Source: Eledone cirrhosa
Lineage: Eukaryota
NCBI GenBank assembly: GCA_964016885.1
Contig: OZ024751.1
Span: 9,982,001 to 10,046,000 of the forward strand
Direction: 5' to 3'
DNA: 64,000 bases
Shown: piece after piece, positions 40,862-54,467 of the stretch
Numbering within the stretch: position 1 is the first letter of the stretch
Layout: each line of letters starts with the position of its first letter
The notes under the pieces: generated by a model
The model's input: only the letters and a program-made list of their open reading frames with translations
Told to the model about the DNA's origin: nothing
Databases searched by the model: none
Made by a program: the position numbers and the translations under genes

Positions 40862-40962
40862 TGCGTGTGTGTGTATGTGTGTGTTTGTGCGTGTGTCTGT
40901 GTGCGTGTATTCTTCTCTAAATGTGAGATTTCTCGGATGTACATATTGATATACTACCGCAC
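40525..40962. repeat. Large palindrome: unique ~60-bp arms plus (CA)n/(TG)n arms
   Basis: tgtgcggtagtatatcaatatgtacatccgagaaatctcacatttagagaagaatacacgcac and its reverse complement at ~40900-40962; related sequence at 33483-33530. Confidence 0.85.
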
Positions 40963-41058
40963 AGCCAGTAAAAGGTTTATCCATTCCTATCTACTCAAAC
41001 TACTGTCACGCGGCTAAAAATGTATATAAATATGTGTATGTGTGTGTATATATACATA

Positions 41059-41170
41059 TTAATATACATGAAATTCTACAGGACTAGAACTGTTTCATTC
41101 TTTAGAAATCATCAGGATGATTTCTAAAGAATGAAACAGGTTTAGTCCTGTAGAATCTCATCTATATTAA
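41059..41170. repeat. Fold-back made of two hammerhead fragments
   Basis: ~55-bp arms around a central ag; each arm has (CT)GATGA-tttctaaagaat-GAAA-cag...ctg-TA. Confidence 0.75.
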
Positions 41171-41372
41171 AATGTTTATACTCTGCTATGTATTGAGTAC
41201 CTTACTTACTGTGGTTACCTCCGATTCAACCCGGAATAACTTACCTATATATATATATATATTATAACAAATTTAATACAGAAATTGCTTCTCCAGAACT
41301 TAGTTCTATAAAACAATTTTTAAATTGAAGATGTCTGATATCGAAGGTAAATATGTTATTTATATTGTTGAA

Positions 41373-41452
41373 TGATTCTGAAGAAATCAGTAGAGAGAAG
41401 AATGAATGATGGAACAACATCTTACTCTATTGATTGAAACGATCGTAAATCA
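41373..41452 (+). ncRNA. Type I hammerhead ribozyme motif
   Basis: tgatt-CTGAAGA-aatcagtagag...ctctattgatt-GAAA-cgatcg-TA-aatca; 11-bp stem II, palindromic stem III. Confidence 0.85.
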
Positions 41453-41756
41453 ATTAAATAATTTAATGTAATTTAATCCTGGTTATTTTATTCTTTTTAT
41501 ATATGCTCTGTGATATTGTAAAACTTCTGTGATTGGAAATTAACTAATTGGATAAACTCTGAACTGTCTCTTACTTATCTTGCTGTGGACTATAAAATCA
41601 CATTTAAACTTTGAAGTACTCTTTGCCTTTACATGTTTGGGTTATCAACTTGTCAAAACTATTTTATATATGTAGATATATAAAGTAATTTACACAAGTT
41701 CATAACATACGGTTTCAATATAGTTCATCTTATCAAATATATATATATTGTATGTA

Positions 41757-41993
<237 letters not shown>

Positions 41994-41995
41994 CT

Positions 41996-42630
41996 ACTTT
42001 CCGGACAAGAGATCGAGAGATTATGTTGATACTATGCAGGACAATTGTCCTTAGCCGCCTGGTCAACCCATAGTATCAAACTAACCACAGAGCTTGAGGC
42101 AATCCAATGAAGCTACACCAAGAGGACTGCCACAATGAAGGAGATGAACTACTGGGAGAAGCTAAAAGAACTGAAACTCTACTTGGAACGAAGATGGGGA
42201 AGATACGCAGTGATATACATATGGAAGATCCAGGAGGAACTAGCAACAAACTTTGGCATTGAGAGCTGAACCAACCCCCGAACAGGACATCACTGTGTGG
42301 TGACAACGGTCCCGTCTTTCTCATCTAGAATAAGGAGCAGATATTGCAATAGCCTGGGTTTCAAAGGCCCTCAACTCTTCAACAAGCTGCCAAGAAATTT
42401 GAGAGATCTGCATGGTGTGGACGTGGATTTTTTCAAGAAGCATCTTGACACATGCTATCCAGGATCCCGGGTGAGCCCACATCACGGTACGAGGGTAACC
42501 TAAGGGCCGCAGCAACGAACTCCCTCTTACTCCAATGGCCAGCCAACACAGGCTGGAGATAGAATAAGTAGCAACAAGGGCGGTGCCCCCAGCATAGCCT
42601 CAGCCGTATAGCTGGAACAGGTAAAAGAGT
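41996..42630 (+). mobile_element. CR1-group LINE 3' fragment
   Basis: ELEAIQ*SYTKR...NYWEKLKELKL..LERR..RYAVIYIWKI; SLGFKGPQLFNKLPRNLR...FKKHLD. Confidence 0.75.
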
Positions 42631-42885
42631 AATAGAGTATATACCTGAATATATATGTATTATAGGGAGCGAGTGTGTGTGTTCCAGTGTACATCGATCA
42701 GTTGGCTTGATTGATTGATACATAAACCTCTTACTCTCTCCTCATTCGATCTCTCTTTCTTTCTATCTATCCATCTCTCTTCCACCAACACCTTTTACAA
42801 ACACCTATACACCTATCTACACACCTATCTACCCACACACCTATCTATACACCTATCTACCCACACACACACATATATATATGTG

Positions 42886-42918
<33 letters not shown>

Positions 42919-43074
42919 ATATATATATATGTGTGTGTGTGTGTGTATATATATATATAAATATCTGTGTGTGTGTGTTTGTAATATGCATATGTATATA
43001 TATATATATTTGTATATATGTATATATATACATATATGCATATACATATATGTGTGTTTGTGTATATGTATATA

Positions 43075-43145
<71 letters not shown>

Positions 43146-44694
43146 ATATATATGTATATGTATATATATATATATGTATGTATATATATATGTATATGTA
43201 TATGTATATATATATATATGTGTGCATATGTATGTATATATATGTTTGTGTATATATATACATGCATGAGCACCCAAGTACATACACCCAAACCCAAGGA
43301 GTGTACCTATATACGTATTCCATTATCTGTGCAGTAGTTAGGTAGGTATGGAAAACCTTGAATATGCCAACAACAGCGGTATTGTATATTTTCGACATTC
43401 TGATAGAGAATTATAAAGAGCAGTAAAGATAGGAACAATGAAGCCACAGTCTTCATCCTCAGCTGCTTTTAACATCAGTTACACATCACTGCATGCTTTA
43501 GAAACAATTCAGGAATCACATGCCTTATTTTGCTTGCACAGTTTTAAATAATGTAGTGGCCCTCACACCGTATCCGGGTCTAAGTATATAGGAGGATAAA
43601 GCTTTCCATACCTAGATATATGTCTGTATATATATATGTGTATACAGACATATACATGAGGCATATATATAGAATTATATGCATACATACATACGTGAGT
43701 CATATATGTATACAGACATATACATGAGGCATATATATAGACTTATATGCATGCATACATACGTCAGTCATATATATATATATATATATATACATACATC
43801 TACATGAGGCATTCTTATAGACATATATACATATATACATATATACTGTATATGCATACATACACATACATGAGGCATACATATAAACATATATACATAT
43901 ATACATACATACTTACACATGCATGAGACATACATACATACAGACAGACATTCAAACATACACACACTCACACATACACTCATACGTACATACATTCATA
44001 CATTTGTACATTCATACATACATACAGACAGACAGACAAATATAAGTGAGGTGTTTTTGTAGACAGATGTAAAGCCGAATAGATATTTCCATTCATAAAT
44101 ACCAGCCAGCCTCAACAGAGAGAACCGTACTGTTAAAAAAACTCAGCCTCGCAAACAAGTGGTTCTGAGTTCAATCCCGTTACGTGAGATTTTCATACAT
44201 ATTTGCTACATATTGGCCTTTCTGAATCATGCTTTGATTATAACGTTGTTCAAAAAGCTGCCAAAAATAGGCCACAGACTATTGGTGAGATGTTGCTAGT
44301 AATACACCTGTAGCGAGTCAGGTCATCTCTGATTGGGTTGATGTCATTTTGCAGTTTTACTGTCCCACATGAACTGGGACATTTCAAATAGTTTAAGGGC
44401 AACTGTGACATACTTAAGCTTATCTAAAATAAACTTACCTAAAATATGAACATCATAAATACGAACAAATTTCATGTCTTAAAACGTTCATTATCACCCG
44501 ATGATTTTTAGAGAGCTGGAGGAAACTGAGACCAAGAAAACGTTTATTTGCCTGTGTGAGAGGACTTTGGGTCTCACTTTCATATATATAAATTATATTG
44601 TGGGCCCCTTCCATTACGAAGCCTTTCATCAGATAATTTCTTTCTCCAATCAGTTTAAACCAAGAGAGCAGTATTTGATTATAACGTTACCACA

Positions 44695-44930
44695 TTAGGA
44701 GAGTAAGATTTGCTGGCCACTGCCATCGTGCCACTTCTGAGGCTGTGTCCCCACTAGTGCTTTGGAAACCACAAGCAATCACTAATAACAGGGGGCGCAA
44801 GCTCTCCTATCCCGATGTCATCTCCAGAGATTCTGGTATTGAAATTCAGGACTTGGCAACAGCAATGAACGACAGACCCACGTGGAGATCAATTGTTGTA
44901 TCGATTTCGGCTGAGGCCGCCGGATGATAA
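44695..44930 (+). mobile_element. RTE-like LINE 3' fragment
   Basis: RRVRFAGHCHR...LVLWKP....RGRKLSYPD...AMNDRPTWR. Confidence 0.7.
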
Positions 44931-45614
44931 AGATCCCAAATCTTCGACATCGATCAGCTTCAGCTTCTCATCTTCCAGTTTCAATAAATGGAGTTTCAAC
45001 GTGATTGCTCGACTTACTAGATGTTACAACCTTATTTGGCACAATTCAAACGATTCAATAGAGTTACTAAGTGCTGCAGCCACTTATATTTCTCAAGTGC
45101 CCATCCAAAATCTAAGTCTAGTTTTCTGCCCAGATCAAAAGACTGAGAAATTTATTAACTTAAAATTCAGTGCTTATACTCAGACACTATTTATGCGACA
45201 GCTTTTATATTAATTTGAAGTGTTTATTTCGTCTGTCTTTACACATTTAAAATGTTCTACTTAAGTGGATTGAAACATAACTCTTAATGTCCTGTACCGC
45301 ATGTCACCGCATAAGCATATCATTCTTGAATGTTTTCAAACGGCACTACGACTGCATTACATTACAAATTGAAGCCATTACTTTAGTTTAGTTTACTGTA
45401 TTGTAATGATTTGTACACTATAGAATATATTATAAACATTTCATTTACTAACCAGTCTTTCGATATTTACTACTAAATCATTGCCGTCTGGATTGATAAT
45501 CTAATTTAAGTCGCCATACTAATTTAAGATCCTACTTTTTTCCTAAAACAAGTCTCAAAAATCTACCACGATCCTGGAGGCCAAAGGTTGTTTATTATTT
45601 TTTTTTTTTCATAC

Positions 45615-45802
45615 GGTGGATTGGCAGTATCGGTAGAGGTTCGGACGCCATGCTTTGACGCATAGAGTTACGGCCCTTGCCATTCTGAGTTCAAATCCCG
45701 CCGAGGTTAACTTTGCCTTTCATCCTTTCGGGGTCGATAAAATAAAGTACCAGTAATTTACTGAGTAATTTCTGGCCTTGTGCCAATAGTAGAAACAATT
45801 AT
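45615..45802 (+). mobile_element. tRNA-derived SINE with Deu/Nin-like core (same family as 12826)
   Basis: ggtggattggcagtatcggtagagg...gagttcaaatcccgccgagg...gcctttcatcctttcggggtcgataaaataaagtaccag...tagaaacaatt. Confidence 0.85.
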
Positions 45803-46214
45803 TTTTTTTTTTTCAAATTTTTGGTTGTCAAAATTAAGTTGCGTCCTTGAGGACGAAACGTCTTCAGCGCTGGTGAATACGGTAGTTCACTTCTGAAAAG
45901 AACCTAGTGACAGGCAAAAATTTACTGAATACTAAAAAGTCCCAGAAGAAATCAGAGAACCTACAGATACTCTGAATTCGCTTGTAACCATACAAATATA
46001 TTACTGCGTTACTCGAATGTTCGCCTTGAATCGGAATATTAGAAAATTATTCTGGAAATGGATTTCCATTTTTTTCAGTGAACACCGGAAGGCAACTTTC
46101 TAACTATATAACAATTCAACTAATTATTAATTAAAGCTTTGTATGTAGAGTAACAGTTTGTGTAACTATGCTAATAGAAAGATAGATAGGTGTGTGAAGT
46201 TGAGAGAGGGGTGA

Positions 46215-46255
<41 letters not shown>

Positions 46256-46282
46256 TACATATATATATAGAGAGAGAGAGAT

Positions 46283-46356
<74 letters not shown>
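46283..46356. repeat. (GATA)n microsatellite without a LINE insertion
   Basis: Direct observation. Confidence 0.9.
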
Positions 46357-46357
<1 letters not shown>

Positions 46358-46578
46358 TTTGTATATATATTTATATATAAATATATATACACATAGAGAT
46401 AGATATATATAGATATAAATATATTTATGTATATATATGTGTGTGTGTATATTTATAAATATATGTAAATACTTACATACATAGATACATGCATACAAAT
46501 GCTTGTAAACAAATATATGAATAAAAATAAGTAAGTATAATTCGAATATATTCACAAGCGCCGCACACACACAAATAT

Positions 46579-46679
<101 letters not shown>

Positions 46680-46714
46680 AATGTATAATTTGTAAATATC
46701 CTTACTTCAGAGAA

Positions 46715-47065
46715 ATATATAATACATATAATACATATAATGTATATATAATATATATAATATATATAATACATATAATATATATAATGTATATATAATA
46801 TATATAATATATATAATACATATAATATATATATAATATATATAATATATATAATATATATAATACATATAATATATATAATACATATAATACATATAAT
46901 GTATATATAATATATATAATATATATATAATACATATAATATATATATAATATATATAATATATATAATACATATAATACATATAATGTATATAGAATAT
47001 ATATAATATATATATAATACATATAATATATATATAATATATATAATATATATAATACATATAAT
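46715..47065. repeat. Complex AT-rich 9-bp-periodic repeat (ataatatat/ataatacat)
   Basis: Direct observation. Confidence 0.8.
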
Positions 47066-47378
47066 ACGTTTCTACACGCGTTAGTAGTTCAGGGTATGTA
47101 TGTGTGTATATATATATACAAGTATATATGTATGTATATATATATACGTATGTATGTATGTATGTAAATATAACTATGTATGAATGTATATCTATAGGTA
47201 TATATGTATGTATCTATGTATGTAAATATACGTATGCATATATGTGTATATGTATATCTATATATGTATACATACATATATAAATAAATGTGTATGCATG
47301 TATATGTATGTATATATATATATATATGCGTGAGAGTATATATACATATATACATACGTATATATGTATATCTGCGTG

Positions 47379-47409
<31 letters not shown>

Positions 47410-47619
47410 ATCTGTGTATGTATATGTGTGTGTGTGTGTATCATATATATGTACATATACATATATATGTATATGTGTGTGTGTGTGTGTATCTGTGTGT
47501 GAACATATATGTACATAAGCATTAGCTTATATACGTGTATGCGTATGTGTAAGTATACACATATGTATATTGTTTTGTGCCTATATATGTGTGTGTGCAT
47601 GTATACATATCTATATATG

Positions 47620-47667
<48 letters not shown>

Positions 47668-47911
47668 TATCGTTTTGTGCATGTGTGTGTCTATATATAT
47701 GTGTTTATGGCGATATTTTTCATGAGTCAGTATACACCTCATTCTATGTTAGTGTAGCAAATATCTCTACATGTAGGAGAAAAATCGATAAAGCAAATAA
47801 GATTATTTTTTATACATAAGGATCACACATACAAAAAAAAAGAAAAATATACTCATACACACACATATTCACACATACGTAAGTATATATATATATATAT
47901 ATATATATAAT

Positions 47912-47947
<36 letters not shown>

Positions 47948-48563
47948 GTATATATACGTATATACATGTTTGTGTGTGTGTATATACACATAATATATAC
48001 ATACGTTTATATATATATTTATAAGCATATACACATACATATATATACATTCATATATATATGTGCTTGTGTGTGTGTGTTTGTATGTGCTTGTCTGTAT
48101 GTGTTTGTATGTGCTTGTGTGTGTGTGTGTAAAACACACATGAGATGGCAGTGATTTGTTGGTGTAACAAATTCTTGGCCATAATAGCAGGTAATGATTC
48201 AGAAAGCAACGATGTGGTGGGTGCAGTTGGAGGTGATTGAATGGGGGAGAGATGAGAGAGAGAGGCAGGGAGGATAGAGAGAGAGGGGCGAGAGAGAGCG
48301 ATACGGAGAGATACAGTGAAGACGAGAGAGAGTTAGAGAGAGAACGAGTCAGAGAGATCTAGAGACAGAGCTAGAGACAGAGCGACAGAAAGTGAGAGAG
48401 TGAGTCAGAGAGACAGGGAGAGCGAGAGAATGAGAGAGTAAGACGGAGAGACAGAGAGTGTGAGAGAGTGAGTGAGAGAGACAGAGATAGAGGGAGAGTG
48501 AGTTAGAGAGTAAGTTTAAAAGAGGTTGAATGATAGATTGTTGAACGGTGTGTGAATGTGTGG

Positions 48564-48665
<102 letters not shown>

Positions 48666-48999
48666 GTGGGTGTAATACGGCGGCGTGGAGCGAGGGGGGG
48701 GGGGGGTTATTAGAAATTCGGCGAGGCTTGAAGTGATGCAAAATGACCGCTGAAACTCACTCATTCACTCCGCAGAAATGTGTGTCTGTGTGAAATGCTT
48801 GAGAAATCAATCGTGTCTGGCAGCGTTTGGTCATTTATTGGTTTTGGCATCGATACTGTAGACAGCTCATGGTGACGGGGGTAAACACATTTGGCTTAGC
48901 TTTTCCATGGATTGTTATTTTGTGGAAAACTGTTTGTTTGGTTAGTTTTTATGTTTGTTTAGTTTTAATTTTTGGTATACTTGTTTATTTTTTTTAGTA

Positions 49000-49522
49000 T
49001 GATGGCTGCCAGCCTGGTCTTTGATTGGTTGGTTGGTTTGATGGCTGGCTGGTTGGCTGGTTGGTTTGATGACTGGCTGGCTGGTTGGCTGGATGGTTGG
49101 ATGGTTGGATGGTTGGTTGTATGGCTGGCTGGTTGGTTGTATGGATGGAGGGCTGCCTGGCTGGTTTGATGGCTGCTTGGCTGGCTGGTTGGATGGTTGG
49201 TTTGATGGCTGCCTGTCTGGCTGGTTGATTGGCTGGCTGGCTGGATGGCTGGCTGGCTGGCTGGTTGGTTGGATGGCTGCCTGTCTGGCTGGTTGATTGG
49301 CTGGCTGGCTGGCTGGCTGGCTGGATGGATGGATGGATGGATGGATGGATGGATGGATGGAAGGCTGCCTGGTTGGTTTGATGGCTGGCTAGTTGGCTGG
49401 ATGGATGGTTGGATGGAAGGCTGCCTGGTTGGTTTGATGGCTGGCTAGTTGGCTGGCTGAATGATGGGATGGAAGGCTGCCTGGTTGGTATGTTGTTTAA
49501 GTGGTTAGTTGGCCGGCTGGCT
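49000..49522. repeat. Compound (TGGC/TGGT/TGGA)n microsatellite
   Basis: Direct observation. Confidence 0.9.
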
Positions 49523-49632
49523 ATCTGGGGGACGAAGAAGATAAAGAAGAGAAAGAAAAAGAAAAAGAAAAAGAAGAAAAATAACTGGCAGTTAGTTGTG
49601 TATATATACGCAAATGTGTGTGTGCGTGTATG

Positions 49633-49709
<77 letters not shown>

Positions 49710-50224
49710 ATACATACATACATACATACATACATACATACATACATACATACATACATACATACATACACAGGAACTCATATGTGTTATCTTGTTACGG
49801 CTTAACTATTTGGCGTGCGAACGCCGACGAAGATCAATAGATAATCTTCTCTAGAGATGAAACAGAGATTTGGTTCCGATTCTTGCTTGATGCAACTCTA
49901 CCTATATTGTTTTGTTAATGTCTGTAAGAGAAAGACGTAGGAACGTTATTGCAGCTTGGCCTACTTCTCATATGAATATCTAGAACAGTACAGCTGCTAG
50001 ACATACAACAAACAAAGCTAACATATACAAACCTAGCATATTGATAAATTGAATATCTTCTTCAAGAGGAATTTTGCGACTATTTTAAGCAGCTGCAATG
50101 ACCATGGGATCAAGAGGAATGGTCTGCTAATAAGCCTAGGCCATATATGACATATACTCAGTAAGTATTTTAGTAACCAGTATTAAATACATATTGACTT
50201 GTGTACGATTTTCAGATACAAAAA

Positions 50225-50540
50225 AATCACACTCGCATCTCATAACAACAATACGGCAAAATTATTTCACCGCAATTGGCCCCGCTCTCTTTAACATTAC
50301 CCCAAAACACACTAAAACAGGAAACAGACCCCATAAAGTTCAAGAAGTCTTTGGATAAATTCCTTCGAGAAATCCCGGATAAACCTCCTACACCCAGATA
50401 TGTCACCGTAAACAATAACTCTCTACTTGAGTCGGCCATGGTGCCCAAATCCTGATTTGAAAGACTTCGCCAGGTGGAGCTATTAAGATAGACATGGCTT
50501 GGGCCAATACTGGCCGAAACCTATCAAAGTATTCAAAGTT
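50225..50540 (+). mobile_element. CR1-group LINE 3' end
   Basis: FTAIGPALFNITP / LKQETDPIKFKKSLDKFLREIPDKP..P.Y....NNSL, then a short 3' UTR and caaagt repeats. Confidence 0.65.
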
Positions 50541-50552
50541 ATATATATATAT

Positions 50553-50827
50553 ATAACAAAGGAAGTGTTGTAAGGAACCAGGTGGACCATAACGCACCAG
50601 AGTACTCGATACTTTAGGTAGTAGAGTGGGTAATAGGAAAAGAGTCAGGACCCCGAAGGCTGAGCTCCGGCCGTTACGACAGCTAGTTCAGAACTAGCTG
50701 TAGTAACGGCCGGAGCTCAGCCGCCGGGGTCCTGACTCTTTTCCTATGACCCACTCTACTACCTAAAGTATCGAGTACTCTGGTTCGTTATGGTCCACCT
50801 GGTTCCTTACAACACTTCCTTCGTTAT
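50553..50827. repeat. Near-perfect fold-back of a family-A-related pLTR end, embedded in (TA)n
   Basis: ~137-bp arms around a single central base at 50690 (agctagttc-a-gaactagct). Confidence 0.9.
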
Positions 50828-51374
50828 ATATATATATAATTGAATAAACAAGAGAGATGAACATTAATATAAATATAAACATACATGTGTTCGAATCGTA
50901 AGGACCAAGTTTGCTAGGATGAAAAAATACTAACTACAGCAATATGGTTTGTCAGACTTAATTTTAAATATTAAATTAAGAAAAATAACAGACCTATATT
51001 GGGCAATCGCCTGGTAACAACTAGACAGTTTTGTAGACTGTTTCGCAACATCTTATTAAGTAAAGTTCACTCTTTTCCCTGCTCCTCAGTCGTTGTTGAG
51101 AAATGAGTGATCCTTCCACTTCTAAAAATATTATAGACTGAATTGCGTGCGATAAGAATTATCACACGTGTCTTCGGAACCCAGCATGTCTCGAAATTCC
51201 ATGCCGCTAAAAATAGCAGCCTGGCTAACAGGACATTAAAATTAGCTCTACATGATGGAGCCGACAAATATATAGTGAGTTAGAAACTCAGAGTAGTCTC
51301 TTACAATTAAATAGCTCTATGTATGTATACATTTTTTGGATACCCTACACACACATGTATGTATATATATATAT

Positions 51375-51454
<80 letters not shown>

Positions 51455-51509
51455 TAAAATAACAGATTAAAGTTTAAGCAAAGAATCGCTGCTTTCACCC
51501 TTAACGGGA

Positions 51510-51696
51510 TCTTCTACTGGCAGGTTCAGCTACCCCTTCCCTCCACAAATTGCCATGATAGAATTATTATGTCTCAACAACAAACTTTTGACCAATCCTT
51601 GTGACAATCACTTTTACCATATATGGAATTACCCCCTGAGAAGCTCGGCTATTCAAATACGAGGATAAACATTTTTATTTAGTCCAGAATTAGCCT
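51510..51696 (+). mobile_element. Family A pLTR fragment, inverted relative to the adjacent element
   Basis: Reverse complement of ~51909-52093. Confidence 0.85.
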
Positions 51697-51739
51697 TATC
51701 GAGCCCTCTTTGGATTTTAGTCTTCAATTTTATTATTAT

Positions 51740-51793
<54 letters not shown>

Positions 51794-51878
51794 AAATGTG
51801 GTAAGGAACCAGGTGGACCATAACGCACCAAAGTACTCAATACTTAGGGTAGTAGAGTGGGTAATAGGAACGAGAAGG

Positions 51879-51974
51879 ACCCCGACGGCTGAGCTCAAGC
51901 CGTTTCGACGGCTAATTCTGGACTAAATAAAAATGTTTATCCTCGTATTTGAATAGCCGAGCTTCTCAGGGGGT
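51879..51974 (-). ncRNA. Hammerhead-like motif, CUGAGAA core, GUC site (3' pLTR)
   Basis: acccc-CTGAGAA-gctcggcta...tagccgtc-GAAA-cggcttgagctcagccg-TC-ggggt. Confidence 0.65.
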
Positions 51975-52721
51975 AATTCCATATATGGTAAAAGTGATTG
52001 TCACAAGGATTGGTCAAAAGTTTGTTGTTGAGACATAATAATTCTATCATGGCAATTTGTGGAGGGAAGGGGTAGCTGAACCTGCCAGTAGAAGAAAGAG
52101 GGAGAGGGGTGGAGGAAACCCAGTCGTGGTGCGTTGATAGTGCCAGCTACAGCTGAGCATGAGGTCAAAGAAGATACTAGGGGGAGGGGGAGGAAGTCGA
52201 AACAATAAGTAAAACAATATGGGGTAAATATATAGAGAAATACCGAGAGTGTTAAAAACAATTAAATGTAAAAAAAAAACCATTTGTGGTTACTATAACC
52301 TAAGGACAGCTATTAAGTCTCTCACTGGTACTGCTAGACTAAAGAAAGGTTTACTAGGTGGGACGGAATTATAATGAGACCCTTTTAAGAGGTATAAGTA
52401 AACAACCGAATATATCTTACGGTGACGGGTCAACAAGTGGGACGCCAAAATATTAAAGAAACTACCACGAATTAATAATTCAGAGTCCCGAGACCAGTAC
52501 CAAATAAAGGTTTCTACCCCAGGCCCAAGGCCAGCAACCACCCAGTGCAAAAAAAAAATAAACTAATACGAAATAATAATTCAGAATCCCGAAAAAGAAA
52601 ACTAATACTATCTCTAAGGGTGCCGCCACGATACAAAAATTCTAGTGCAAACTACATAAATGCTCGTACGAAGTATATGTAAAATTTGATACGGAAAATT
52701 AATTCAGAATCCCCCCGCTCC

Positions 52722-54467
52722 ACGTTGCACTGGTAGATCACATTACGATCTCTGCATCTGTTGTCGGGGGGCAAATGGATCCATCAGGACAGTTGCACCT
52801 CCTGGTCGGCTCTCCACTGCTATTTAGGTTATTTCTTCCATAGGTGTTGAGTTTTTTGTTAGAGGAGACGATGTTTTGTGCAAAGTTTGGTGTGGTGCTG
52901 TAGGAGAGTTTGATGGTATTTTTGTTAATTATGTTGTGGTAGCGGTGTTGTAGTGGGAAGTGTTTTTCAATGAGCCTAAAGAAGATTTTCCCGATAGGAG
53001 TTGAGTTGTCACCTCGGCGTTGTGGGGGGATTAAACCATGTTACCTTGCGTGAGCGGCGGTGTCACCTGCTGGTTCCGCTAATGGAAGCTGGACAGTACG
53101 ATATTTCCTCCCGGAAACCACTCCGCTTGATGGCCTGGTTGTAATAAGGCGCATGTTCCTCGAATATCTGCTCATTAGCTGACAAACGAGATATGCGGAG
53201 GGAGATGTTTTTAACCAGGTTATTGGTGATGTTCCTAGGATGGTTTGACCGGCGGTGGATGTAGTGCAGGTTGCCGTTAGGTTTCCTGTATGGGCAGTAC
53301 AGATCATTATCGAGGTCAAGGGTAACGTCCAGGAAGTTTACTCGGGTCAGGTACGTTTGTAGGGTTATTTTAAATCCCCAGTCGCGGAAGAAGCTGATTA
53401 AAGGGTAAGGAGCCCATCATCACGGTACAATCCACCGCCGAATGCAGGAAACATATCGGTGAGTTTGGCTATTAGGAATAATCCTATAAGATCTGTGACC
53501 TCAGCCGAATACGTCGCGCCCATGCTGACGTCGAAGGGTGAGTCGGGAGCTCTCTTTATCCATTTGGAGTTGTCGAAGAGTAAGACTGTCTTCCTGGCGT
53601 GGAGGATGATGTTATTTCCTGGTCGGTGATGGGCACAAGTGTTTCGGCGAAATCCAAGGCAGCCGTAAGTAGCGGTAAAGTAATTGAAGCATAGTAACTC
53701 TCTATGTCAAACTGGATGAATTTAGTGTCTCGTTTTTCCACCATATTGCTGAACCATGAGATTACTTCCTAGGTGTTGACCCATAGGCTAAGTCTGGCGT
53801 GTTGCTTAACTTTTGGTATAACGCGGTCTAGGATTTTTTTGCTGATTCTCCCTATGTCGGACTTCGTTGGGTTTATAAGCCTGATAGAAGGTTTACGGTC
53901 GAAATCGGATTTGTGGTCCTTCAGTGTGAAGTAGGGTGTCCGTGGGTCTAGGGGTTCCGTGCGGTCGGCGACCCCGAGGCTGGAGGAAATTTGTTGTCCA
54001 TCTCGATTTATGTCCTCGATGCATGAGTGGTTAGCCTTTTTATAGGTGGAGTTTAGGCTGCTCCTGATCAGTGTGTGGTATCTGTCGGAGTTGACAAAGT
54101 AGAGGTTACCAGTTTTATCCGAGTGCACCATGATGTCATTGGTGTTATCATACTCTGTTAAGTTGCTACGGAGTTTATGTAGGAATCGGTTGTGTCTGGG
54201 TTTGAATTTAATGTTCTTGACCAGTTGGAAAAGGTCATTCTCGAAGGGGGAGAGCATAGGGTTCGGAGGGGGAGATTTGTAGGTAATAAATCCGAATCTC
54301 TCCTTGGTACCGAAGTCCTGATTGTCGCAATATCTGTCGTAGAGAAATGTTCTCCATCTAAGTCTTTTCGCAAATAGATCGATTTTTTGCGTGAGCTTCC
54401 GAACGTAAAGTTTTTTCGGTGGGACTGGGATGTTCTTGGTAGAGAAGTCGATGTTGTGTTTTCGCAT
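52722..54467 (-). pseudogene. Naiad-like PLE RT ORF (stop, frameshifts, deletions)
   Basis: FSTKNIPVP; RLRWRTF; VHSDKTGNLY; TLKDHK; RLINPTKSDIG; FIQFDIESYY; FDVSMGA; GLYRDDGL; VNFLDVTL; CNCPDGSIC. Confidence 0.88.

Noticed and set aside
44570-44640. Hammerhead candidate on the minus strand (aattat-CTGATGA...ataatt)
   Set aside because: There is no GAAA box in the right position; chance or heavily decayed.
45615-45705. tRNA genes (also ~12920-13008 and ~39190-39260)
   Set aside because: A and B boxes are present but there is no cloverleaf, and each continues into a SINE core and tail.
45840-45872. gtcc-ttga-ggac-GAAA hairpin resembling hammerhead stem II
   Set aside because: There is no CUGANGA upstream on the same strand and no stem I.
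48994-49767. 257-aa QPAS-rich ORF
   Set aside because: It is a translation of the (TGGC/TGGT)n and (TA)n microsatellites.
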